Of a DNA stretch of 64,000 nt, positions 8,063-17,356 are shown piece by piece. A model generated the notes under the pieces. The model had not been told where the DNA came from, made no database searches, and saw nothing but the letters and a program-made list of their open reading frames with translations. Positions within the stretch are counted from its first letter, which is position 1; the number at the start of each line of letters is the position of its first letter. The position numbers were made by a program, and so were the translations under genes. The stretch comes from a virus: positions 1-64,000 of the IMG/VR virus record IMGVR_UViG_3300028837_004134. One strand, written 5' to 3'.

Positions 8063-11000
8063 TCAGACGAGGAAGGTGACGTCGTAGGTAGCAGTGCGGC
8101 GGACAGAGAGCGAAGACCGGTTGACCGTAATGTCGAACCCGACCTGTCGGATGGTGTCCAGGTCGTTCGAGAACCGCTGGGCGAACTGTTGGACGGAGTT
8201 CATGTGGAAGGAGAGGCCGAAATCCTTGGACAATCGTTTCAGGGCCACGAAGAGATCGCGTGCGAGAGCGCCCTCGATTGTCGTCTCATCCTGGAAGTCG
8301 ATCTGGTAACGTTCGAGAAAAGCCGCCTTGTTCGTCTTGGCGACATTGGCGGCGGTGCTCTCCTGGTCAGCCTCCAACGCATGGCGGTAGGCCTTGAACA
8401 GCGCGGCCAAGACCGTGGCGATGGGGTTCGATTCCCGGGCGGTTTCGAGGCTGACACTGTTGAGCGTGGCAATCCGGTCCAGGAACTGCGGGTGGAGTTC
8501 ATCAAGGGCCTGGTCGATCACTTCCGGCGGTTCGCCTGCCAGCATCATCAGGTACATCAGGCTGAGGTAGTCGTTGCAGCGGCGCTTGCCGTGGTTGCCC
8601 AGGGTCCTGTGGAGCAGGCGCATCACCTTCTCCTGCGCACCGTCCCGCAGCATGGCCAACACCTGACAGGTGCGTTTCATCATGGCGGAGACGATGAGGT
8701 CGCGGTGCTCCCGAATGGCGGCCAGGATTTTCGCCTCTAAGAAGCAGTCGCTGGCCTGCTCGTCCATTTCAAAGCGGATGATGAAGGAGCGGGACAATAT
8801 CTCGGCCAACTCTCCGCCAAGCGGCTCGATGCCGGTGGTGTTGAGCAGGCACTTGGTGCGCTCGATCACCGTCTCGGTATCGGTCCCGCTCTTGCGCTTC
8901 TCCTTGGCGATCCCCGTGATGCTAGTCAGGATGAAGGTTGTCAGGTCCTCGGTCATCTGTTTGACCTCGATGTTGTCGAGGACAATGAGCGGGTTCTGCG
9001 AACCGTCGGTGTAGTTGGCCGCGTCGGTGCTTTTCTTCTGCTGGGGCTCACCGTACAGCATAGCCGATATCAGTTTGCTGGCTGTGGTTTTACCCGAGCC
9101 GGCTGGACCTTCGAAACGTGTCATCGGCCGCGTGCCGGCGAAATCGATGAGCAAAAAGCAGGACAGCCACGAGAGGATCAGAGATCTTTCGCCCGGAGCG
9201 CAGGTCATGTTGTCCAGGATCAACTCCACCAGAAGGCGGTCGGCTTCGTCGGGGTCAGCGTCCGGCAGATAGCGGATCGGGGCCATCTTGCGTGAGCCGT
9301 CCAAAATGATGCCATCCGCATTGCCGCCGTTCTTGAGAACTTCGATTTCATCCGGCGTGATGCTGACGATCTCGTGATCGGTGTTGTTGAGGTTGAAGTA
9401 GATGGTGTTCTGCGCCACGTCCGTGTGGAGCCACGAGAAGTGGTCCCGCACCTGCCCGCGCTCAACGGCGAGGTTGGCCAGCACCTCGTAGAAGGTGCGT
9501 CCGCCTCCGGTCGTTTGTACAAGGCCCGTGTGCTTGTAAATGGTCGAGGAATAGAGCCTTTTGCGGCCGCGGTCCGGCGTGTCCATCCAGAATATGGCGT
9601 CCTCGAAGAACATGAACGGCTCGCCCTGCGGCGTGCGAAAGAAGCGTGCTCCGTTGGCAGCGAACCACTCGAAAGCGGCCTCGGCTTTACGGGGATAGTC
9701 CGGCGATCCAGATTCCTCCTCTGTTTCAAACATCACCTGCTCAATTCGGGCCCGGCAGGAGCTGGCCGGCGCGCCGGTGCGACGTTTCTCCTTTCTCCTG
9801 TCCTGCCTGGCATGCGACTGTCGATCCTTTTGCACCGCGCGGACCTGATTACGCAGAGTGCCCAAGGACAAGTCCGATTTCCCGAACTGGTTCTGGATGA
9901 GCTTCAGGTAGCGGTCCTGTTCCAGGGGCGACAGACGGGCGATCTCAGCGAGGACAGGCTCCAACAATCGATTTCGTTCTTCCTCGGACACTTCGCTTGG
10001 CAGTCGGGAGATGCCGAACTCCAACGGCATCTTCGCCTCGGCGATAAGTCCCTCGAAATCCGCCGCGGTGTGCCCGGCGGCGAAGAAATCGTTGACATCG
10101 ATCTTGGCTGCGGCCAGAAGTTCTTCAGCTTCCCTGACTTCTTTTTCCGGTTGTTCGGCAAGGCGCTGGGTGAGCTCTCGCGGCCCCACCGCCGCATCCA
10201 GGCCGAAGCGCTCTTTGAGCTCTTTGCGGGCGCTTTCCCGATGCTCGTCGAGGGGAAGGACCACCAGTCTGGTTTGAATCTTGTGCCCGGCGAGAACGGA
10301 CGCGGTTTTAAGCGCACCGTGCAATCCGGCTTGGGATAACTCGTTGTCCTGGCAGATGTAGACGGTCTTGACGCTGCGCAGGCGCGGCAGCAGCCTTTCC
10401 CAGTCGGCGGCCCGGATACGGACCGTGACCGGCGACACAGCTGCGAACCCATGCTCCATGAGCGAAATGCAATCGGTAACGCCCTCGGTGATGATCAACC
10501 GCTCCGGGCCGGTGAGCAGGCAGTCCTCGTTATAGAGGTAGCTGTTGTCGATGCATGGGGCAATGTGCTTGTTCGAACTGTCGTTATGGACCGGGAGCTT
10601 TTTATACTTGGCATGCTCCCAGTTCCGGTCAGGAGTCCACGGAGTTTTGCGGCCGATCATGAAGACCACACGCCCACGACTCCAGTATGGGAAGACGATG
10701 CGCCGGTTGAAGAAGGGATCAAGTCCGTCCTGGCTTGTCGGGCGGAACGCGCCGGATGCGGCCAAGTCTCGGAGAGAAAACCCAAATTCCTTTCCGGTCA
10801 GATTGCTGACGATGCCTTCCGCCGGTTTACCGGTCTGACCCGAGGGGTCGTCGTCCGCAAATCCAATGAGGAGGTTGTCAATAGTCTCCTCGGAAATGCC
10901 GTATTTGGAGCGGAGCCATTCGAGGACCTCGGGGTTATTCTTGAGGCGCCCGTGATAGTGTTCCGCCAACGCGGTCAGGACCGCATGAACACGTAGTTCG

Positions 11001-11404
11001 GTCAGGCGTTCGGCTTCGGCCGCCGCAAGTTCCTCTGGTGACAACCCGTGCTTGGCCAGGGGCGGAAGCCCCACCTTCGCGGCGAGGAAATCGCGGGCCC
11101 GCTGGTGGCTCTCCGGCATAGAGCCGGATTGACCCCGCGTCACGAAACCAGAATGGATGAACTCCACCAGCTGCAACACATCGCCGCCCACGCCGCAGCC
11201 GAAACAGTACCATCCCTGCTTGTCCAGCATGATATGGAGCGACCGGTGAGATTGGCTCTTGTGGTTAGGGCAATCGCACTGAAGAAGGCGAGCGGATTCT
11301 TGCAAGACCCTGCTACCAAGGAACTCCCGAGCGATCATGCCGATGTCCAACCCGGTAATCCGCCGGTAGTAGTCCTTCACGTTGTTCGGTTGTTTCGATA
11401 CCAT
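8063..11404 (-). CDS. Primase-helicase: CHC2 zinc finger, TOPRIM, C-terminal P-loop ATPase (copy 1)
   Basis: CPNH...CFGC, ITEGVTD/CQDNE/DVND, EGPAGSGKTT; likely start at ATG 11404. Confidence 0.9.
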   Translation of the reverse strand: MVSKQPNNVKDYYRRITGLDIGMIAREFLGSRVLQESARLLQCDCPNHKSQSHRSLHIMLDKQGWYCFGCGVGGDVLQLVEFIHSGFVTRGQSGSMPESHQRARDFLAAKVGLPPLAKHGLSPEELAAAEAERLTELRVHAVLTALAEHYHGRLKNNPEVLEWLRSKYGISEETIDNLLIGFADDDPSGQTGKPAEGIVSNLTGKEFGFSLRDLAASGAFRPTSQDGLDPFFNRRIVFPYWSRGRVVFMIGRKTPWTPDRNWEHAKYKKLPVHNDSSNKHIAPCIDNSYLYNEDCLLTGPERLIITEGVTDCISLMEHGFAAVSPVTVRIRAADWERLLPRLRSVKTVYICQDNELSQAGLHGALKTASVLAGHKIQTRLVVLPLDEHRESARKELKERFGLDAAVGPRELTQRLAEQPEKEVREAEELLAAAKIDVNDFFAAGHTAADFEGLIAEAKMPLEFGISRLPSEVSEEERNRLLEPVLAEIARLSPLEQDRYLKLIQNQFGKSDLSLGTLRNQVRAVQKDRQSHARQDRRKEKRRTGAPASSCRARIEQVMFETEEESGSPDYPRKAEAAFEWFAANGARFFRTPQGEPFMFFEDAIFWMDTPDRGRKRLYSSTIYKHTGLVQTTGGGRTFYEVLANLAVERGQVRDHFSWLHTDVAQNTIYFNLNNTDHEIVSITPDEIEVLKNGGNADGIILDGSRKMAPIRYLPDADPDEADRLLVELILDNMTCAPGERSLILSWLSCFLLIDFAGTRPMTRFEGPAGSGKTTASKLISAMLYGEPQQKKSTDAANYTDGSQNPLIVLDNIEVKQMTEDLTTFILTSITGIAKEKRKSGTDTETVIERTKCLLNTTGIEPLGGELAEILSRSFIIRFEMDEQASDCFLEAKILAAIREHRDLIVSAMMKRTCQVLAMLRDGAQEKVMRLLHRTLGNHGKRRCNDYLSLMYLMMLAGEPPEVIDQALDELHPQFLDRIATLNSVSLETARESNPIATVLAALFKAYRHALEADQESTAANVAKTNKAAFLERYQIDFQDETTIEGALARDLFVALKRLSKDFGLSFHMNSVQQFAQRFSNDLDTIRQVGFDITVNRSSLSVRRTATYDVTFLV

Positions 11405-11440
11405 TTCGGCTCCGCCTTCACTGATTTCCACGCTGATAGA

Positions 11441-11469
11441 TACATACCGATCAGAAACGCATTCTGACG
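11441..11469 (-). promoter_or_regulatory. Bipartite promoter motif P3
   Basis: CGTC-N15-TCGGTATGTA upstream of primase. Confidence 0.65.
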
Positions 11470-11556
11470 GCGACCGGAAGATGTGTTGCGTTTTGTGCTC
11501 AGAAATGTTATTATTTAGCCTTTAATGATCACGAGTGGAGATGGAGACGGTGATTC

Positions 11557-11745
11557 ATGACTACCTGGTTGACTCTGGAAGAAGCAGCGAAGCACTTGAA
11601 AATTGGCAAGTCCACGATCTACCGTCTGGCTCGTGAAGGTGACCTGCCGGCCCACCGGATGGGACGGGTCTGGCGTTTTGATGTAGAAGAACTGGATGCG
11701 TGGGTAAAGAACCACCGCACAATAGACAAAAGGCCCCGCCCATGA
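11557..11745 (+). CDS. Excisionase-family HTH protein
   Basis: WLTLEEAAKHLKIGKSTIYRLAREGDLPAHRMGRVWRF. Confidence 0.85.
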   Translation: MTTWLTLEEAAKHLKIGKSTIYRLAREGDLPAHRMGRVWRFDVEELDAWVKNHRTIDKRPRP

Positions 11746-11827
11746 GCGGGCTGGAGATGTTACGGCGGTTTCTTGATAGGGAGAAAAACATGGTCTTCTC
11801 AGCGTTCAGAATGACTTGGCGGTGTGG

Positions 11828-11907
11828 TACGTGAGAACCGCAATGATCTGTGCCCATTCCTCAACCGGGGACCCTCGGGTGTCCGCAGCCTCATGGACGG
11901 GCTATGA
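11828..11907 (+). pseudogene. intI: 3' remnant of an integron integrase
   Basis: Reads YVRTAMICAH / LNRGPSGVRSLMDGL-stop across a frameshift, resembling the IntI C-terminus DVxTTMIYTHVLNRG...VRSPxDxL. Confidence 0.65.
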
Positions 11908-12021
11908 CAAGGAGGTTCTTTTGCTGATCCGCACAACACGGCGAGCAAAACGGTTGAGGCGGCGACAACCCAAGGAAATAGGAAGGGTTGGTGCACTGAC
12001 TGGAGGATTTCTAGAGGTGTT

Positions 12022-12082
12022 TTATGCGGTTAGAAACAAGCAACTCCGCATTTTATGAGGATTCATCTAATCATTGTTGGGC
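12022..12082 (+). other. attI-like integron recombination site 1
   Basis: TAATCATT-GTTGGGC (GTTRRRY core 12076-12082) with upstream TTATG repeats; 11-mer TAATCATTGTT shared with the site at 57154-57164. Confidence 0.6.
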
Positions 12083-12137
12083 GGCCTAGTGTAGGGTCGT
12101 ACTCCGTTTGTACTAAGCATTCCCGGAGGGCAATGGG

Positions 12138-12926
12138 ATGACAGATAAAGATGCGGCTCAAGGACAAGGTCTCATTCAATTCTTGTTGGGTCGGGTCTTA
12201 CCCAGAATTGATGTCTTCTCAACATCGGAACAACCGCCAACCGATATGTCAAAAAGTCCTGCTATGGCATCAATGTTCGTAGAGGATCCGTCCTCGACAC
12301 TAGGCGATTTCTTGTCGACATTCCGCGGCAAACTTATGGAAGGAAGATATTGGACCGTGTTCTATGACCCCAGATTGCCTTTCGTCTTGAAGTTATCGAA
12401 AAGGCCACGTTCAAGAAAATCAATGGGTAGAAGGGCCACGAAGGATTTCACTCTCATATCCAGGTATCTAAGTAATCACGTCCCATGGCAATGTGTGTTC
12501 GAAGCAGATCTCTCCAAAACCGAAAAAGCCTACTTACTAGTTCAGGACTTGATAGTACAAGAGTACTCTCTTGGTGCTATTGGGACTCCTGCGCTGCATT
12601 GCAGCAATCCAATGATAGACCGAATACTGTCTAGCGCCAGATTGAAGGAGAACGTACTGGATTTCATTGATTGTGTGGTAAGAATGAACCGAGAGGTGCT
12701 GGCAGTTCCAGACCTTTGGGGTGCAACTAACCTGATAATCCACAGAAGTTCAATAACGTTAGTTGATACCAGTGTGTTATACTCGCCGGCAGAGGATGCA
12801 TCCGAAGGTCGTGAAGGGTATTTCATGATTTGTCGCTTTATCAATGAGTTACTGTGGCTCTTGGGGCAACCGGAATGCATCGCTTTCAGCAAGGCACCCA
12901 GAAACATCTTTTCGCTGGAGTATTAG
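12138..12926 (+). CDS. Divergent protein-kinase-like fold protein
   Basis: MEGRYWTV (Gly-loop-like), FVLK, YLLVQD, PDLWGATNLII (catalytic-loop-like D...N), ITLVDT (DFG-like). Confidence 0.5.
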   Translation: MTDKDAAQGQGLIQFLLGRVLPRIDVFSTSEQPPTDMSKSPAMASMFVEDPSSTLGDFLSTFRGKLMEGRYWTVFYDPRLPFVLKLSKRPRSRKSMGRRATKDFTLISRYLSNHVPWQCVFEADLSKTEKAYLLVQDLIVQEYSLGAIGTPALHCSNPMIDRILSSARLKENVLDFIDCVVRMNREVLAVPDLWGATNLIIHRSSITLVDTSVLYSPAEDASEGREGYFMICRFINELLWLLGQPECIAFSKAPRNIFSLEY

Positions 12927-12938
12927 ACGGTAACAGTC

Positions 12939-15900
12939 ATGGCTACGATAACTTGGCTCCACATATCAGACCTGCACATAGATTCGGAGAATTCAGCAGA
13001 TTGGCATCTAGAGAAGAAGGCCTTGTTGAGCGATATAAGAGACCATCAGACAAAAGAAGGGGCCTCTCTACCAAATAGGGCAGGCATTGTCTTAAGGCCT
13101 GACTTCGTTTGCATAACGGGAGACCTGGCTTGGTCTGGGAGAGAGCAGGAGTATGAACAAGCAGTCCAGTTTGTTGATGAACTACAGGAGATCATCCGTG
13201 TACCTAAAGACAGAGTCTTCATAGTACCAGGCAATCACGACGTCAATCGTGGAGTGGTTGAGGATGATTTCTTATATCAAGCTGCGTTTGACAAGCTGTC
13301 CAATCCCAATCAGTCTTCGGAGGACTTGTACTTAGAACTTAAAAGAGCTTGGCCTCTGCGAGCCTTTTTTGCTGCCAAGCTCCAGAACTTCGCTTCCTTT
13401 CTTCGATTGTTAGGGAAAAGCCCTGCGGCGAATCTAGCCTTCCTTGAGAGAGTCGAAGTAGGGGAAATTCCTATTGAGATCTTGGGAATAAACTCAAGCT
13501 GGATGAGCTGCAGAGATAACGAAGACTCAGAGCGGCGGCTGTTGATAGGATTGCCACAGGTTGACGAGTTGCTGGAAAAAATAGCGCCCGATGTCAAGGT
13601 TCGTATCGCGATGTTCCATCACCCGTCTACTGCGTTGCATCATAGGGACGTACAAACAGCCTATGACTTGCTCACAAAGAGATGCCCAATTGTCCTCCAT
13701 GGTCATCTTCATGAGCAACGCATTAGATACTCAAAGGAGCCCGAGAGGGAACATCTGCTGGTTTCCGCCGGTGCGACCTACTCGGATCGTAGTAGATGGG
13801 CAAAGAATGCCTACAATTATGGCGTCTTAGATAGTGATGAAGGAACCATTACAGTCTATCTTAGAAAGGCAACGCGAGGAGCAGAAATTCTCTATATCCG
13901 AGATGTAGAGACATATCCCCAAGCTTGTGATAGAGGCTCTTATACCTGGGAACTCGATCGATTGTCACCTTTTCTTGCAGAGAGGAAAGAGAGAACTGGA
14001 ACCACAAGGGTTGACGTTGATACCTACCTACAGCAGCTACTAGAGAAGACATCCTGCATAGACATTCGCGGCTTGGGAATAGGAGTTGGGAAAGCTCATT
14101 CATTTCCTATTCATGACCTGTATGTGGAACTAAAGGCAAGAACTTCCGACGTATTAGTGTCAGCTGAAAGGGAAGACAGCGATGCATTCTCTGAGACGAT
14201 CATCCCTCTAGATGATGTCCTCCAGCAAAGTCATAGGACTGTCATAATCGGGGATCCTGGTTTTGGAAAAAGCACTTTCCTCAATCGTGTTGCTAACGCT
14301 TTGTGTCTTTCCCAACTTGGAATAGACCCTGATGCTCACCACCGGTTACTTGGATTAGGTCAGGCATATTTCCCAATACTGATAAGAGTTTCTGAGTTTT
14401 CTGAATATCTTGAGGCGGTCAGCATCAATGAGGGAGCAGTAGGATCGAGTATGCCATCAACTGCTAGTTCTCCTTCTTGGTTATTTCAGTTCCTGGCTAC
14501 ATACGGCAGAGAAAGAAACTGGAGACTTGATGAGACATATTTCCAAGCCAAGCTAAGTGCTGGGGACTGCATCGTTCTGCTCGATGGTCTAGACGAGACT
14601 CCGGACCGCCGAATGCGACGGCGCGTCAGGCACATCATTGACGAGGCGGTGGCTGTCTACAAAGACTGCAAGTTCATTGTTACTACTAGGCCTGTGGCTT
14701 ACGAGAGCGATAGTCTGTTAAGCGGCTTTTCAATGGTAACCGTTGCTGGGCTAGGTGAACTGGCGATAAAAGACTTTGTGGTGAGGTGGACAAATGGACT
14801 CAAAGGTGCGGACACAGGAGAAACCAAGCAGCTGCGACAAGAGCTTCTGACAGCTATTAACAGTCGCGAGGAAATTGCAAGGATGGCTCGTAATCCTGTT
14901 ATGCTAACGGCGCTTTGCGTAGTTCATTGGAATGAAAAACGCATCCCGGAACAGCGAGTCGAACTGTATGCAACTGTGATCAATTGGTTACTTCGCTCTC
15001 GTGAACGGCGCAAGAACCGGGCCAGTGAAAGTGAAACAAAGCGCTGGCTAGCAGTGCTTGCGTTCGCTATGCAGTCTTCGTCTAGGGGGCGAGTGATTAC
15101 TATCCCTCTGAGAGAGGCTTCTGAGGCAATTGCCCATGCGTTTAGTGGTACCTCTGCACAGGAAACGATAACTAGCGCGGAGAACTTCCTTTTGCAGGAA
15201 CAGGTGGACAGTGGAATCATCTTGGCTAGAGGGAACAACGTAACTTTCTGGCACCCAACATTCATGGAGTATTTAGCAGCGGTCGCCATAGCCGGAAAAC
15301 CGGACAAGACTCAGAGTGAGATTCTATTCAAGGGTGAAAGAGCCTTTCATCCAGAGTGGCAAGAAGTGGTATTGCTCCATGCTGGGGTTCTTTCGACCCA
15401 AGGCTTCGATAAGGTCAGCCAATTCTTGAGTCGGCTGCTGAGAGTTGGTGACGAGAACGCAGATACTCGTTTTAGGGCACTGGGCCTTGTTGGAGCAATA
15501 CTGCAGGACTTGCGACCCGTTGGCTTTTCATTCGAACCACCCAAGTTACTGAACATGGTGAGAAAATGCACATATGCCCTGGATCGGCAAGATGTTCTGT
15601 TCAAGGACCGTATATCGGCAGGTCTGGCGATCGGATACATTGGAGATGAGAGATTGAAAAGAGACGCTATTGAGAGAAGCTTCATAAGAATACCGCCTTG
15701 CGGACTCAAGAGAGGCGATGACCACGGGGAACCGCGCGAACATCCTTCCAACTTCGTAAAGCTAAGTGAGTATTGGATCGCGCGTTATCCGGTTACAAAT
15801 CGCGAATTCAGGGAGTTTGTTGATGACGGAGGATATGAAGATCCTCAATGGTGGGGAGGAAGCAGATCTACGTATTGGAGATGGCGACTGAATGGGAAAG

Positions 15901-16496
15901 TGTCTTTGCCCAAACACTGGGGAGATCGACTTTGGAATGCTCCGAACCTGCCGGTAGTCGGTGTGTCTTGGTATGAAGCTGTCGCATACACTGTGTGGTA
16001 CACGGCTAGGTGCAGGTCGGTCACAATCTACAGACTACCTACAGAAGCAGAATGGGAGCGCGTTGCCAGAGGAGCTCATGAGGGGGGACGAGTTTTCCCC
16101 TGGGGAGATGTCCCCCCCGATCCACACACGAATCTTGTAGCCAACTATGGTGATATGGGCATTGCGAAAACAACGCCAGTTGGTGTTTTCCCAGCTACAT
16201 ATCCAAATGAAAGTAATGAGGAGAAGATCTATGATTTGGCAGGGAACGTATTCGATTGGTGCTTTGACTGGTTTCGCGAGGGATATGAACCAGGATTTCA
16301 TGTTAATCCGACAGGCCCCAAAAGGGGAAAGCAACGTGTAGTCAAAGGCGGCTCTTGGTATCGATCCGTAAGACACCTTAGGTGCGGCTACCGAGGACAT
16401 GCCTACCCTGGCGAACGAGCCGATACCATTGGGTTTCGCCTTGTCAAGGTATTTCTGGCTAATGGAGGAGCTGTCAGCGATGTTTCTGAAGAATGA
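12939..16496 (+). CDS. Metallophosphoesterase - NACHT NTPase - FGE/SUMF1 (C-lectin fold) protein, NLR-like
   Basis: HISDLH, ITGD, VPGNHD, HH, HGHLH; GDPGFGKST, LLDGLDE, NPVML, FWHPTFMEY; RLPTEAEWE, DLAGNV, KGGSW, GFR. Confidence 0.92.
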   Translation: MATITWLHISDLHIDSENSADWHLEKKALLSDIRDHQTKEGASLPNRAGIVLRPDFVCITGDLAWSGREQEYEQAVQFVDELQEIIRVPKDRVFIVPGNHDVNRGVVEDDFLYQAAFDKLSNPNQSSEDLYLELKRAWPLRAFFAAKLQNFASFLRLLGKSPAANLAFLERVEVGEIPIEILGINSSWMSCRDNEDSERRLLIGLPQVDELLEKIAPDVKVRIAMFHHPSTALHHRDVQTAYDLLTKRCPIVLHGHLHEQRIRYSKEPEREHLLVSAGATYSDRSRWAKNAYNYGVLDSDEGTITVYLRKATRGAEILYIRDVETYPQACDRGSYTWELDRLSPFLAERKERTGTTRVDVDTYLQQLLEKTSCIDIRGLGIGVGKAHSFPIHDLYVELKARTSDVLVSAEREDSDAFSETIIPLDDVLQQSHRTVIIGDPGFGKSTFLNRVANALCLSQLGIDPDAHHRLLGLGQAYFPILIRVSEFSEYLEAVSINEGAVGSSMPSTASSPSWLFQFLATYGRERNWRLDETYFQAKLSAGDCIVLLDGLDETPDRRMRRRVRHIIDEAVAVYKDCKFIVTTRPVAYESDSLLSGFSMVTVAGLGELAIKDFVVRWTNGLKGADTGETKQLRQELLTAINSREEIARMARNPVMLTALCVVHWNEKRIPEQRVELYATVINWLLRSRERRKNRASESETKRWLAVLAFAMQSSSRGRVITIPLREASEAIAHAFSGTSAQETITSAENFLLQEQVDSGIILARGNNVTFWHPTFMEYLAAVAIAGKPDKTQSEILFKGERAFHPEWQEVVLLHAGVLSTQGFDKVSQFLSRLLRVGDENADTRFRALGLVGAILQDLRPVGFSFEPPKLLNMVRKCTYALDRQDVLFKDRISAGLAIGYIGDERLKRDAIERSFIRIPPCGLKRGDDHGEPREHPSNFVKLSEYWIARYPVTNREFREFVDDGGYEDPQWWGGSRSTYWRWRLNGKVSLPKHWGDRLWNAPNLPVVGVSWYEAVAYTVWYTARCRSVTIYRLPTEAEWERVARGAHEGGRVFPWGDVPPDPHTNLVANYGDMGIAKTTPVGVFPATYPNESNEEKIYDLAGNVFDWCFDWFREGYEPGFHVNPTGPKRGKQRVVKGGSWYRSVRHLRCGYRGHAYPGERADTIGFRLVKVFLANGGAVSDVSEE

Positions 16497-17292
16497 GTGT
16501 TGCGTTGTGAAAGAAGAGGAAAGCCAAGATAGGATTGTAAGCAAAGTGGCTGTCGTCGTTGCAACTCACAACCGTCCTTGGATGCTCGAAGGGGCGCTTA
16601 TCAACATTCTGTCGCAATCTTTCTGCAATCTCTCGATACTAATCGTCGACAATGGTAATCTACCAGAGACAGAGACAATCGCTCGAACCTACATGCGTTT
16701 GGATCCGCGGATAACGTACATAAAGAATGTGATGCGAAAGGGAGCTGCGGCAACAAGAAATCACGGCTTATTCTCTCTGAGCAGAGAGATAAAGCATGTT
16801 CTGTTTCTTGATGATGATGACCGTTTTTCAGAGCAAGACAGCTTAAAAAGCCTTGTGGAATCGCATTTGGCAGATTCTAGGAGGTTGATGACCTATGGAA
16901 TACAGCGAGATGTGAACACCGATGGCTCTTTGTATCAGATATGGCCCTGTCGAAAAGAGTGTCTTACCGATATGATAATCGATGATAATAAGGTTCAATT
17001 TCCTGCGCACACAGTGCTGTGGAATGCAGTATTTGCAAGGTGTTTGGGTGGATATTCATTTCAGTTCGAGAATGACATGGAGGATATTGCCTTTATCGTA
17101 AGAGGATTTGCCAACCTAAGATCTGACCCTGATAGTATCGCGTATGTGGATTCCCCCATCGTGAATTGGAGGCGAGGAAACATCGAAGAGGACACCCTTC
17201 ACTCTAAGGTTCGCAGAAACGAGAAATCCAGAATTCTCGTCAGGCGGAGAATCAAGAGGATCATACTGCACTACAGTGGATACAGGTCTTAG
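16480..17292 (+). CDS. Glycosyltransferase family 2
   Basis: VVVATHNR, IVDNG, GAAATRNHG, FLDDDD (DxD), ED motif; GGAGGAG RBS before ATG 16480; overlaps NACHT stop. Confidence 0.88.
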   Translation: MFLKNECCVVKEEESQDRIVSKVAVVVATHNRPWMLEGALINILSQSFCNLSILIVDNGNLPETETIARTYMRLDPRITYIKNVMRKGAAATRNHGLFSLSREIKHVLFLDDDDRFSEQDSLKSLVESHLADSRRLMTYGIQRDVNTDGSLYQIWPCRKECLTDMIIDDNKVQFPAHTVLWNAVFARCLGGYSFQFENDMEDIAFIVRGFANLRSDPDSIAYVDSPIVNWRRGNIEEDTLHSKVRRNEKSRILVRRRIKRIILHYSGYRS

Positions 17293-17356
17293 CGGGTGTG
17301 AGTGAGCTATGCCGTTGGCCGGTCTGTCGTCAGCGGCCGTTGGAACCTACAACAGG

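Noticed and set aside
15660-16496. Diversity-generating retroelement targeting the FGE/C-lectin domain
   Set aside because: No reverse transcriptase and no template repeat of the C-terminal region seen in the window.
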